A stretch of 64,000 nt of DNA from the human T2T-CHM13v2.0 reference genome, Homo sapiens (GCF_009914755.1 NC_060928.1); one strand, 5' to 3'. Positions 41,080-54,938 are shown, counted from the stretch's first letter. The notes: generated by a model not told the origin, from the sequence alone. Translations and numbers: made by a program.

Positions 41080-41320
41080 TATTTTCTGAGAAATTGGCTG
41101 CTTTCGGGATTTTCTTAGAATGCCATGTGTTTCATTTTTGTGCAGAACAGATGACAGGCGAGGCATTCCAACAGGACTTCAGTTGATTTAACTAATTCCT
41201 GTCAGGGGAAGTGAAGTGTTGGGATTCATAAAGCCGATCCCAGCCCGGAGATTTTCCTTTTCCCAAAACAGAAAAAACAAGACATGCTGTGTGGTTTTGC
41301 AACCGGGCAAGTTTCGAAAT
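41080..41320. promoter_or_regulatory. Candidate cytokine/immune enhancer (2 x STAT5 GAS, kB-like, ETS-IRF, RUNX)
   Basis: TTCTGAGAA 41084-41092; TTCTTAGAA 41112-41120; GGGGAAGTGAAGT 41205-41217; GGAGATTTTCC 41247-41257; TGTGGTT 41290-41296. Motif evidence only. Confidence 0.45.
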
Positions 41321-43429
41321 ATTTTTAAGCTTTCTACTTTGCCAAGTATTTCATAAAAAAACTATTTTCTTTTTGTTTCGTGCCAAAAAATGTCACCCCT
41401 AAATATTTTTTCCCATATCTGGTCACATGTCCAGGATTTTTTCTTTTCTAAGAATAAATAATTTTTCTGGGTTATAAAAATTCCACTTGCTCTATCAGAT
41501 TAAACATATCTTTATATAGAAAAAGCATCCGAAACATTCCCCAAGTGGGTCTAAGGGAGGAGTCTTAATACAATTTTGTTAAATTAATTTTGATTAAATA
41601 TTAGGCCTTGAATTCTTTTTGTGACTCTCACAAAGTTCAGGCTTATTTTGTTACACTTTCAAGTCTCCCTTTTTTTCACTCTCCACATACTGTTTCCTTT
41701 TATTAGAAAGCATTCAAGAAGAATTGATTGGTGTGTTTGACCAAAATAATATGTTGGAAGTGATACCAGTGCAAGGGGACCCTCTGGGTTCCATTCTCTA
41801 TTTGCATAGTTAGCTGGAGTTAGAAGGTTCAGCTGTCAGGGATTCAAGAACTCTAGCATCAAAAAAGTGTGAACTTGCAAATGAGCTGTCAAGGTTCATA
41901 GCAAGTGAATAATGCAGCTGAGAGCTGACTTGTCTCCACCCTGGTGTTCTATTGATCTTGCTGCTGGATAAAGCATAGGCACATAGGAACACTGAAAAAT
42001 AGCAATTTGTATGGGTTGGACTGGTATTTTCTTTTTTACCAGTTAAAATGTTAATTACATTCACAAAGTCAAAAAGCTGAATAAATAGTCTTACAGTTGG
42101 AAATATAGGGCAAAACAAAACACAGGCTTGAAAAAGCAATAATAGCTATACACCTAAAATGTGAAAAATATTCATAGAGAAATGAATTGTAGGGCATTAA
42201 CTCTTGCAAAACCACCAAAGGCCTGGTGGAATTAATATGCTACAGATTTGAAACTTAACATTGGGCAACTTAAAATGCATGTATTTGTTATTGATATTTA
42301 ACTAATCCTTGTAAGTAAATCTACTATAAGCGAAAAGCATTCTAAATTGATGTTATTGCTAGTTTGCAGGGAAATTCTGAAAGTCTATGTGTTTGTTGGT
42401 GCATGAGGGGATGTGCGTATTGAGGTGTGTGTTCAGGATGAGGGCTTCTGGTCCTTTAGAAATGGTTCCCTCTAAGCTTCTTGGTTTCCAAATCTTCATC
42501 ACTCTTTTTAAAATCTAAAAATGCAGGTTTACTTTATATGGAGAGCACATTGCTATGAGGAGATGTGACATTTCAGAAAGAGCACATGGCACTGATTCTG
42601 AAATGCTACCAAGTTGCTTCAGAATATACCCAAATTCTCTCAAAGATTAATGATACACTAAGAAACTGAAGGACACAGCAAATTATTTTGCTTGTCTTCA
42701 ACCCACTGTCACCCTGCCACAAATTGAACCTAATAAAATTTCCATCCCTCTCCCATCTTATGATATGACCCTTCCCCCTCATGCATGGGGAAATTGTTAT
42801 TTACATTGTGAAAATATCAAGCATCTCCAAACACTTACGTTTTGTGGAGCCGGGTCTCCCATGGTAAAATGAGAGCCCAACACGGTGAGTTTGCTTCCTA
42901 GGAATGGCAAATCAGCATCGCGATGCCCTCAAACCAGAAATAATACCCTTCATTTGCTGCAACTGGTTGAGTATCAGTGCTATAAAAAATAGATGATGGA
43001 AAACCGGAGCCCTTGACAGAAATACAAGTCTGCTGTGTGTGGCTTGTGCAGGAATGGAGCAGAGAGAAGCGGTGGTCTTGTCTACACATCATACTTGGGC
43101 TTCGCCCATGCTGACAAGTGGAAGCACATGCACAGTGGACACACGCTGTCAGGACATTCATCCCTGCTGGCACGTAAACGGCAGGGAGCTAAACTGCTAG
43201 AATTCAAGTGGCACAGAAACTTGAGCCTATGGAATATCACTGTGGAGTGGGCAGGCCAAGTTCTTTACAGTGCTCTTTGCTTTTGCAAAGAGGTAATTTC
43301 CAACTCAAGAATGCTCTGTGGCTTTGGCGTCAAGAAAGCTGAAAGTCAGTGAAATAGAGCCTTGAAGGTCATCCAATCTGCGCTGCAGCAGGAAGTGAAT
43401 TTTGGGAGCCCCAAATGCAAAATAGGCAG

Positions 43430-43888
43430 CTCAGCCCAACATTAACTCAGCCCAACACTAACTCAGCCCAACATTAACTCAGCCCAATATTAACTCAGCC
43501 CAACACTAACTCAGCCCAACACTAACTCAGCCCAACATTAACTCAGCCCAACATTAACTCAGCCCAACACTAACTCAGCCCAGCACCAGCTCAGCCCAAC
43601 GCTAACTCAGCCCAGCACCAACTCAGCCCAGCACCAACTCAGCCCAGCACTAACTCAACCCAGCACTAACTCAGCCCAGCACCAACTCAGATCAGCACCA
43701 ACTCGAACCAGCACTAACTCGGACCAGCACTAACTCGGACCAGCACTAACTCAAACCAGCACCAACTCAAACCAGCACAAACTCAGCCCAGCACCAACTC
43801 AGATCAGCACGAACTCAAACCAGCACTAACTCGGACCAGCACCAACTCAAACCAGCACCAACTCAAACCAGCACCAACTCAGCCTAGC
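43430..43888. repeat. 16-bp minisatellite (VNTR), ~28-29 copies
   Basis: Unit tcagccca(a/g)ca(c/t)(c/t)aac repeated head-to-tail with no spacers. Confidence 0.97.
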
Positions 43889-44176
43889 ATGCACTGATTC
43901 TCTGGCATAGACTCAGACTCCAAAAATATGTCGAGAAAGTCTAACCAAAATTTGCAAAATTAGGACCTGTGGTCAGTACCTTGACTAAATATGACTCTGT
44001 CTATGAACACAAGTAGGCATAATGTAACATAAGACAGTAAAGAGGGGCATCGTTAGAAACCTTTAGCATTATGTCAGAAAGGGCAAGAGGACTCAAGTAG
44101 AAGAAAGGCAGAGAGAATAACAGAGGGACATGCATGAAAAGTACTTTTTTCTTCTTCAGTCCTGCAATTGCATTAG

Positions 44177-44501
<325 letters not shown>

Positions 44502-45129
44502 TGTCCTCACTTTTTATCACATACTCCTGCTCTTGTGGCCCTGCTTGAACACAGCAACAGGGTCTACATAAAATAAATTAAAATACATTTAAAAAAAAAT
44601 TACCTGCTTTACTTCTGGTCCATAGCATTGGACATACCCAGCCAGAAATCATACACTGGGCTGGTTTTTGGGAGCCAACTCAAATGCTTGTCCTTTGAGG
44701 TAAGTATTAGGGTGCTCGTGGCCTCCCGCCCCACGGGTCCTTCACTCACTGACCCTGACCTGTGCTCACTTTGTCTCACCACCTACATTTCCCAACAGTT
44801 CATGTTTGATACAGCTGCTGGTCCTGCCAAGGCTGGAGGCCCTCCCCATCCGCTGATTTGCCTTTCTCTGAAATCGGCATCTTGGCTCCTCTGCATTATT
44901 TCTGATTGGACTTGTCTCTCTGGCTTGTTTTCTCTGCTAATTCTGATGAAGACGATAATCTCTAGCTCTCAGGGGCCAGCCCTGGCTACACAGTTTGGGG
45001 GTAGTGTTCAAACAACCCTTGAGAATCTTATTTTTCAAGGCTGTTGGCTGGCACTTTAGGGCTAAAGCAAGTGGTGAATTAAAACACAAAACAAAACAAA
45101 GCAAAAACCACAGGCCTAAATAAACATAT

Positions 45130-45490
45130 GCACCCAGGAGCATGACTGTGCAGACAGACTGCCTGGCTTTGAATCTCATTGCCACCATTGATTGGCCACT
45201 TAACCTTGCATATCACAAGATGGGAATAATAAGGCACCTGCTTCATAGATTGTTCTTTTAGTCTTCTATCCGTTTGTTCATTCCTTCAGTAAATATCCAT
45301 CGAGCACCTACTACTGCCCAGACATACGGATCCAGAAATGTCCAGCACAGATTAAGAGGCCACAGCCTCGTGGATTTTCCATTCCAGGGCATTTTTCTTC
45401 AAGGATCCAATAAGATATCCCCCTAAACTATACATCATAGAGCCTTTGACACAGTAAACACTCACATGCCATTAGCTGTTATCACGGTAA
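45130..45490 (+). mobile_element. MIR with a nested antisense L2 fragment (~45270-45390)
   Basis: cagacagactgcctggctttgaatctc...gcacctgcttcatagattgt, then ttcattccttcagtaaatatccatcgagcacctact, then gacacagtaaacactca. Confidence 0.6.
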
Positions 45491-46548
45491 CAATAAAAAT
45501 AAACTTTTAGCAAAGGTTTTAACTAAATGAGGTGAGAATCATAAATAAAGATATATTTGCTATAGTGAAAAGGAGAGAAAATGTAGGAAAGTCAGGCAAG
45601 AGGAATATTTGCCAAAATCATTCATGAATCTGACACATTAGATTCTGGGCGTGTCCTAAGCCTTGACCTGTGCTACTTGATGTGGGATTTGCACACCTGG
45701 GACACACGAGCTTCTGAAGTTCAGACTGTCTGCACTCTATCTGACACACTCCACAGCTGCACAACTTGCAGCATGAGTCAGCACCATCCTAACCTCTAAA
45801 GAGCCCCGCGGGCACAGCGAATGCACCTCCCAGCCCTTTGGACGTGGTGGCGACCAGCTGGTTTCCTGGAGAGGCATCTCCTTTACACCCATCTGTGAAA
45901 GAAATCTAGATCTAAGCCTTAGATCTCAAGGTTAGAAAGGGGGTAAGGTTGAGGTTCCGGAGTGCTACTCTATTAGACACATTGTCCTTTTTAAATTATA
46001 TTTTTACAATAATTTCCATTTATTATTTTTTCGTGGCATCCTAGTGAGGCAGGCTAGTTTGACAACATGCTGCTTAGGGGAAATTTGCTGTTAATAAGTC
46101 TTTTGAGCTCACTAAATTTTGGTGCAGCATGAAAACCCAGACTGTTTTCAACTCTCTCTCTGGCATACCCGCTTGATTCCTGATAGGGCTATTAATTTTG
46201 CGCAGATTTCCCAATTTGCTCCCCATTTGCTACCTGGGATGGTGAAGAACAGACAAATAGCCCTTCGGAAGCAAAAGCAGTCCCAAACCAGGCTGAGTTT
46301 CGTGATGGCTTCTTCCACATTGTCCTTCATTGCTGAGGATGAAAACATAGAGCTAAAAACTGTGATACACAATGATTTATCACCTCCTTTCCATGTACAC
46401 ACCTAGTAGTTTAGAACTCTGTTAGCTTCAAAATCTATTCAGTCACATTGCATTCCCCTCCCCAACTCCCACAAATTCTACATGAAAGAGGGTTCAGGTA
46501 GCAAATGAGTGGAAGGACAGGGCAAACTAAGACTCTGATGGTGAGCCC

Positions 46549-46997
46549 CTCCTCCTCCTGATTCAGATGATTTCTTCCTCCTCTTCCTCCTCCTCCTCCT
46601 CTTCTGGTTCTTTCTTCTCCTTCTTCTTCTTATTCCTCTTCCTCCTCCTTCTTCCTCTTCTTCTATCTTCTTTCCTCCTCCTCCTCCTTCTATTTTCTTT
46701 CCTCCTCCTCCTCCTCTTTCTCCTCCTCCTTCTTCTTCTCCTTCTCCTTCTTCTATTTTCTTTCCTCCTCCTCCTCTTTCTCCTCCTCCTTCTTCTCCTT
46801 CTCCTTCTTCTTCCTCCCCTCCTCCTCCTCCTGTCCCCCTCACCTTTCCCCTTTCCCTCCTCTCCCATTTCCACTTTCTTCCCCTTCTTCCTCCTTCTCC
46901 CCCTTCCTTTCCTCCTCCTCTTCCACTTCCCCCTTTCTCTTCTCCCCCTCCTCCTCCTTTTCCTCTTCTTCCTCCTCCTTCCCTTCTCTCTTTTTTT
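46549..46997. repeat. (CCT/CTT)n polypyrimidine low-complexity tract
   Basis: About 450 bp that is nearly all C/T on the + strand. Confidence 0.95.
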
Positions 46998-49142
46998 GTT
47001 ATTTGATCTCCAATTTTCACTTCCTAAAATTTCATATGGTTGGATGCTATTATAATTATTCAATTACACAATGATTACATGTGGGCTGGTGGTTTTGAAA
47101 CAATGTACCCCATTGTATGCATTATTGCATTCATGTGGAACTTGAACTGTAGGAGGTCCATGCAGGCTTTTCCAGGGTCCCCAAGAGTACTTTGTGGGTT
47201 TTGGATCCAGGTTTCTGTTTCACTAAATCAGCATATTACTCTAGTCTACAGTGTACTGTTGGGCTAGAAATAGTCCATTGACTATTTTAGACTCTGCATC
47301 ACGAAACGAGATCTATGGTTTTGGTTGAATTTCATAGAAGAATATTGATAAATTATCATTGTTCAGATCATTAATCTTCTTTAGCTCAAATCAAACAATG
47401 AAGTGATGTTATCTTGCAAACCATGCAGGCAGGTGGTGGCACTAATGAGCCTGCCACATCGGATTAATCTTTGAATGTTCAGAATCTCAGAATGAGAACT
47501 TTCCACAAATTCAAAACTGTTTGATGAACTGACAATGTCCAAGTCCACCAAATGGTCCAACATTCAGAGATGAAATTATGTCATGACATAAGAAGCCTAA
47601 TGGAATGAATGGCCACTATGCATTAAAGACCAGAATGTGAAAACCTGGCTCCTACCATTCAGACTTCCCTGAAATTGTGAAACATGATTTTCCCCTTCAC
47701 CCTAGGGAAGACCCTCTGGCAAAGGCACATTCACTAAGGGTGAGCCTTCTTTTGGATCGGGGGCTCAGAAGAGAGAGTCATATTGAAGTCGCCCAAACTG
47801 TTCTTTGCCCTGGCTGCCCGCTGACTTTGTTAGGCAGCTGGTGCTAAGGAGAGGGTAAAGAAAACAGAAGACACTTGTGGGCCGGCTCAGGGATGGACAG
47901 TACCTGGCCGCTCTCCCTGTGTGATGCAGGTGGCTTGTTCTGAGGTAGGTGGGCATACAGGCAGTGAGTACATCTCCATTGCAGCGGGGGAAGGTGGATG
48001 TGGGACTAATCAGGGATGGAGAGGGAGGGATGCTGCAAAGATGCCCGAGCAGGTGCTGTCAGTGGGGACTAGGGAAGCAGTGTCTCTATCCGAGAGTGCA
48101 TGCCGGTGGTAGGGGAGCACCAACCTGAACATGGCCAGTAAGAACACAAACTAGACCTCCCAGATTCTCCCGCAAGTAAGGAGAGATCAGGGACTGTTCC
48201 AATTTTTGGCGTTCATATTTTTTAGACAGTTGTCTTAAAAAAAATGCCTGCTTCACTTGCGTTAAGAATTAACTAATCATGGTCCAGACTTATGCTCAGG
48301 TAGACAAGGAGGACTGAAGCCACAGTGGGCTCCTTCCAACCTCACATCACATCTTCCTCATAGCACCTGTGCACCCGAGGTGCAGATCCTGATTTGATGG
48401 CGACCTATTACAAATTTCCTTAGACTGCAAGCAATCACACTATACTTAATAGCTATATTTAGTAGAATACTTAGATTAATACTTGGAGAGAATTTAAATT
48501 TAAATATTATTTCCACAGCCAAAAGACAAAACAGCAATAGACAAATGCATTCTCTTTTTAGTTTTCTTCAACGGATATATTTCATTTTTAAGCCTATCTA
48601 CCCCCTCCCCCGATTTGAAGACATCCCTCGGGCTACGTGGGGAGGAAAGCCTGTGTGACTGATCGCTGCAGTGACTGCTCTTGGCCATGACTGTTACTGC
48701 CATTTTGGCCTCTCTGAAAAGTGAGGCAGCCTAAGCCTCACAGATATGTTTCCTGGTCACATTTTTGTTGTCTCTACAGAAAGAGAAGCAAACGATATCA
48801 CCAAAGTCCTAACTCTATCCTCCCACTCTGTGAACTACAGAAAAGGAAGCAGCAGAAGAAATAATAGAGGGAATAACAAAGTGACAGAAGCATAGAGGGA
48901 AAAGCAGCAGGTGGCTTTTCATCAAGGGGCCTTTGGGTAAGATTTACAGGAGACAATGTTTTCTCTGCGCCTCTGGGACTTGAAAGGTCATGGAAAGAGG
49001 ACTCACTCGCGACAGAATTCAAACACTCGTAGTTGTGTCTCAAAGTCCTCCGCGGACATCACCAGAAGGCATGGTTTCAGGGGTGTTTTTCAGAAGGGCG
49101 ATGGATTTCTTTGGATCCACGTAGTCTCTCTTATCTGGTTAG

Positions 49143-49455
<313 letters not shown>

Positions 49456-49673
49456 TTATCTGGTTAGAGTTTCTTAGGTGGGAATGGAGTTAGCAGTCCC
49501 AGACCAGGCCAAGTTAGGACAAGCTGAGAAATGCATCCTGTGGTTGACACATGGTGAGGAATACCCAAGCAAAATACTCTTGTGTGAGGCTTAGACTCTG
49601 TAAGAATCTACCACTTTATGAAGAGACTTTCTTCTCCCATCTACCAGATTTTCCACCAAATTTGTTGCAGCCT

Positions 49674-50176
49674 TGTTATGGGCTGAATTGTGCCCTCTTA
49701 AATTCATGTATCGAAGGACTGGCCCCCTAGGACCTCAGAATGTGCCTGTGCCCTGTATTTGAAGACAGGGACTTTAAAGAGGGGAAAAGTTAAACTGAAG
49801 TCATTAGGGTGGGCCTTAATCCAATCTAGCTGGTGTCCTTAAGAAGAGTGCCGGGCGCAGTGGCTCACGCCTATGATGCCACTGCACTCCAGCCTGGGCA
49901 ACAGTGTGAGACTTGTCTCGAAACAAAAAAGGAGGAAATTTGGACACACAAAAAAGACACCAGACACCAGGGATGCATTCATAGAGGAAAGGCCATATGA
50001 GATCACAGCAAGAAGGTGGCCGTCGGCAAGACAAGGAGGAAGGCTTCAGAAGAAACCAGACCTGCTCTCACCTTGATCTTGGACCTCGAGCCTGGAGAAC
50101 TTTGAGAAATAAATTTCTGCCATCAAAGCCACCAGTCTGTGGTACTTTGTTATGGAAGCCCAAGCAGACTAATACA
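49674..50176 (+). mobile_element. MLT1A/A0 MaLR solo LTR interrupted by a mini-Alu
   Basis: tgttatgggctgaattgtgccc...gtcattagggtgggccttaatccaat...gcagactaataca. Confidence 0.9.
49849..49930 (+). mobile_element. Internally deleted mini-Alu (~80 bp)
   Basis: Alu 5' end (gccgggcgcagtggctcacgcct) is fused directly to the Alu 3' end (gccactgcactccagcctgggcaacag...gtctc) and an A tail. Confidence 0.9.
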
Positions 50177-50329
50177 ACCTGCAGGCTTTAAACGATGAAC
50201 AAGGGATGTGACTTTATTGTAGGACCAGTAATTTGAATTTCTTGCAAACGCTTGAGTGTAAGCATTAGTCAATAGTCAGTGATCTGACTGGAAAGAAGCA
50301 GAGGGCACAAGTTCATGGCAGTGTGCTCA

Positions 50330-50887
<558 letters not shown>

Positions 50888-52909
50888 TTAAGCTGTGCTA
50901 AAATCTGGTAACAAAGCTTGCTTTTATTTAAGGTACATTTTGTAAGTTTTCGGGTGGCCCACTGTAAGGTAGAGAGCCCTGCTCTTGGTGACTTGCTTTG
51001 GAACTAGAAAATTAGCATCTAGCTGTACCATATCTGGGCACATGACTGGGGCTTCATCAGGTAGGGCTGGGCTTTCATGAAGTAAGTTGCAGCTCAGGGC
51101 CTCGGCGTGCGAGGAGTGCAGTTGCTGTGTGTGACTGGCTCTGTCACCAGGAGCCCCGCGTATTCTTCAGGGAGAATTTTCAATCATGCTGGTTTTGATT
51201 TAGGCAATATGGTCTTGAAAATATTTTCATAGTCTAGTCTCCATCAATCTTATTCTTCCACACTGACATCTGCTTCCAGAATTTGGAGTAAGGCGAGCTG
51301 GGAAGTAGGGCTCTGAAATCTTGAAGGACTGCCTAAGCCCCCCCACCACACAGAAGCAAAAGCAGCCTCCACAGGATGCCAGCTTAGCAAGGGAGGCCTC
51401 ACGAGCAATTTTAAGGACCTCAGCACTGATGACGAGAGATGGTGTGTTACGGATTTTGCATCTGCAGTTTTGCCATTAGTGGCATTTTAGGAATAAATAA
51501 GGTTGATATGTTAACTACCTCAAAATAATTTTCCCATTCAATTAGATTTTGTTAGTGAACTCACTCATCAGTTTGGATAGTTCAAGTAGTATACTGAAAA
51601 ATGATAGCTAAACCTGGCTTATGATTAGAGCTGGTTTACATTTTGCCTTCGGCAAGTGGAGGATTTCCCTAGGCTGTTTCTGGAGCCTCATTTATTGATG
51701 AGCTTCTGTGCCCTACTCCAAGAAGCACCTTTCCACCTGAGAATGAGGGGCCCCATTTACAATATTCTTGGATGAGGACCTGGGGAAGAATGCAGGAGAG
51801 CCCCAAGCTAAGATGGTATTCAAACTCAGAGCACGGCAGAAAGTTCCCAAAAAGATGTTAGAAGTATGGCTCGGCTTGCTGCTGTTTTGGCTTTTAAAAA
51901 AAGATTATAGCAAGAACCTTTTAGGGAACTCCACAGCCACCAGTAGGGATCGGCAGGCACATTGCCCCAGCTAACCACTGGAGTGGTGTTCAGGGAGGGT
52001 TTGGGATGTGGATGCTGCTCCAAGCCATCTGGGAGGGAGACAGGTGCAGGGACAGTCAGCATGAAAGCAACTGGGGACTGGGATTGCCATAGCTCAACAG
52101 CCTGATGATGGCCTGAGGTTGTTGCCAAGAGCAGCTCCTAGGAACTGCTCCTTCTCTGAGCCACCCTCTGGGAACAGCAGAGCTGTCAGAGAAGATTTAA
52201 TTGTTTTGATCTTCCTGCCTTCTTGATATCCCATTGAGAGTCACCCTTCAGGGAGAAGGAGATAGAGTCGTCATTTTGTATTAAGCAATGACAAGAAAGA
52301 AAAAAAACTTTTAAGATGAAATCCTGATGGGATTGAAAATCAATTAATCAATCACACAGACCTCTGATTCCTGGTCATTCTGGCTCAGAATTACAGACAT
52401 AAGTGTGTGACACTGTGTTACCTTAGGGTATATGGACTTTTAGACCAGTAGAATTTTATGGAGAGAAGAAACAGTAAAGATACATTAGTTCAATGTATGC
52501 ATTAGTGTTTAAGGTAATAATTTTGGTGCAAAAGCAGAATGGGCCAGATAGACTAGTTTGCCAGGAGTTTATGGATCTAATGAAATAGTTTCAGTTGCTC
52601 ATTTAGAGAAAACAAATGCAGAAATAGAGACCACAGCTCTTAATGCAACCAAAGAGAGAAAATGCATGCTGACTAAACGTCCACCCATTAGGCTCCTTAT
52701 TAACAGAAATGAGAAGTTATTCTTTGGGGACTGTTGCTCTCCTGCTGCTCTGTCATGGGGCTATGGCTTCATTTTCCATCTATAAACACCAAACACTGGA
52801 AGGTTGGTTGCTAAGAGAACTCACTGGGGAAACAGTTAACTGTTCAAATGTCCCCACTTACGTGGATATGTGCAAATACCACCCTCTGTTCAGATCTGCA
52901 TGTTGCAGA

Positions 52910-53110
52910 AAGACACTACGTGCAGTGGACTAAAGCTGGACGCCGGAGTGTCCCACAGACCCAGGTTAGCACCCCTGCCCTGCCACTCACTAGACATGTA
53001 ACTCACAGCAAGTTCTTAAGAACTCTTTCGAAACTATTCCTCATGGGCAAAAAGAAAAGGATGGCAAAGCATGATTTTTTAAGTGTTCACTGTGTATACC
53101 AATTATGAAC
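52910..53110 (+). mobile_element. MIR (diverged)
   Basis: cagacccaggttagcacccctgccctgccactcactagacatgtaac...caagttcttaa. Confidence 0.6.
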
Positions 53111-54199
53111 AAATTGTAAAATCCTGCTTCATTTCATCACCATCAAACCATAGGCTTAAATTTGCTCATAATCCCGACAACACTGTGTGTTTGGAAACAG
53201 TGGAAACAGGAAGAACTGAGAGCGGGTCTGCATTCAGGATCCACGTGGCTCCAATCATAGGTGTGAAAAGACTCACATATTCCGTAGCATCATAGGACCC
53301 ATCAGAGTATAACAGCTAAGATTATTACACATGCTGTTCCAGTGTCCCACTCACACTGCACCACAGAAAGCTCTGCAGTGGATCAATTGCTGCTGTGCAG
53401 TCCCCAACATCCGATCCTTGCTGAAGTTTATTGATTAAGCTGGCTAATACACTCCTTACACAGTTATTTGGTACCATATTGAAAATACATTAATTCTAAA
53501 ATAACAAACAAACAATAACTTTCAACCTCTATTGCTAGTTTGAGAATAAAATGCTCCCTTTGGTGCAGTGAGTAGTGCTCATGAGTGACAGACAATTTGA
53601 ATAAGAAAACTGGGCTCTTGATTTAGATTTTTGGCTGTCAATTACATTTGGAAAGTTGGGGGTAAGGTACAAGCTGCTTAGGAACCCTTATTTCTTCCCC
53701 CTGCCCTTTTGATATCATTTCTCTCTCTTCTCCTTGACCTTAGGTGGGTCAAGGAGTTGGAATTCAAATCACATGAGCAAATAGCATTCAAATGTACATG
53801 ATATATAAGGCACTTTAGCGATCCAAAAAAAATTTACAATATAGTTTCTGTCTCAAAAAGTTTATTGCCTTGTTTGGGGAGACAAAACATACCACACGAA
53901 AAGTTCATGATACAGGATTTAAACAAGGGCTCAACAAATCATAGAGGAATTGTTATATAACATGGGTTCTTCCATTAAATGGTAAAGGAATGCTCTTAGC
54001 TCTAAATACTAAAAAAAAAAAAAAAAAAAGAGAAAGAGAGAGAAATTCAGGAACTGTCCAGGTAGGATTGAGGTAAAGGACAGGGACGAAATGAACTTTT
54101 TGAGAAGCATGTAGGTGGCTAAGTCAGTTTGGATGTTAGGAACTACACTGAGAATCAAGAGATGAGGAAGACCAAGGGCAAACCGAAACGAGACAGGCT

Positions 54200-54249
54200 G
54201 AGACAAAGCGAGATGAGACAAAGTGAGAAGAGATGAGACAAAGCAAGAT
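54200..54249. repeat. Short 15-bp tandem repeat, 3 copies
   Basis: gagacaaagcgagat / gagacaaagtgagaa (gagat) / gagacaaagcaagat. Confidence 0.7.
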
Positions 54250-54729
54250 GACAGAAGTTTGGTGATCATCTTGGACATTTTGCTAAATTAGGTGAAAAAG
54301 GAGCAAGAAACAGGTATCCTTAGGCAAAGACAACCTCTGACCAAGCTTGATGAGGGCAGATGAGGACTGATTCTAGCATGAGAGGGAGGTGCAGGAGAGG
54401 CAGCTGCCCAGTAGGTCCTCAGAAGATGGTGAAGGCACCACTCCAAAGAGTGTAGATACATACTGACCACAACAGAGACAGAATGTGTGTGTGTGCACAC
54501 GTACACATGAACGAAAGAGGCTAGGGCATCAGAGGGGAGAGGAAATACAGGGAGAAGGGAAGTCAAGGAAAGATGCCTGACATTCCACAGGAGAAGCTTC
54601 TGCACAGGAGCAGTGGGGATAACAACTCCAAGATGCACTGGAGAGGGGTTTTTGCTAGAGAGTCAGCATCGCAAACAAGCAGAGTACCTTTGCATTAAGG
54701 TGCGATTTAAAAATATGTTATTATCTAGG

Positions 54730-54938
54730 ATAGTGGTGCTCAACCATGGCGATTTTGCTCCCCAGGGAACATTTGACAACTGGGAGACAGTTTTGGTTGC
54801 CACAGCTGGCAGTGGGGATGGGGGTGCTAACTGCCATCGTGTGGGTAGAGGACAGAGACGCTGCTGAACACCCAGCAGCACGCAAGAAGATCCCACAACC
54901 TGGCTCCAGATGTCAATGGCACCAAGGCTGAGAAACCA
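54730..54938 (+). mobile_element. MER20 (hAT-Charlie DNA transposon)
   Basis: agtggtgctcaacc...gattttgctccccagggaacatttgacaa...gggtagagg...gatgtcaatggcaccaaggctgagaaacc. Confidence 0.85.

Noticed and set aside
43430-43888. CRISPR-like array
   Set aside because: Units are contiguous 16-mers with no unique spacers, there are no cas genes, and the DNA is primate. It is a minisatellite.
46478-47063. Arg/Glu/Gly-rich (protamine-like) and Leu-rich ORFs
   Set aside because: They are artefacts of the (CCT/CTT)n tract, which is open in several frames on both strands.
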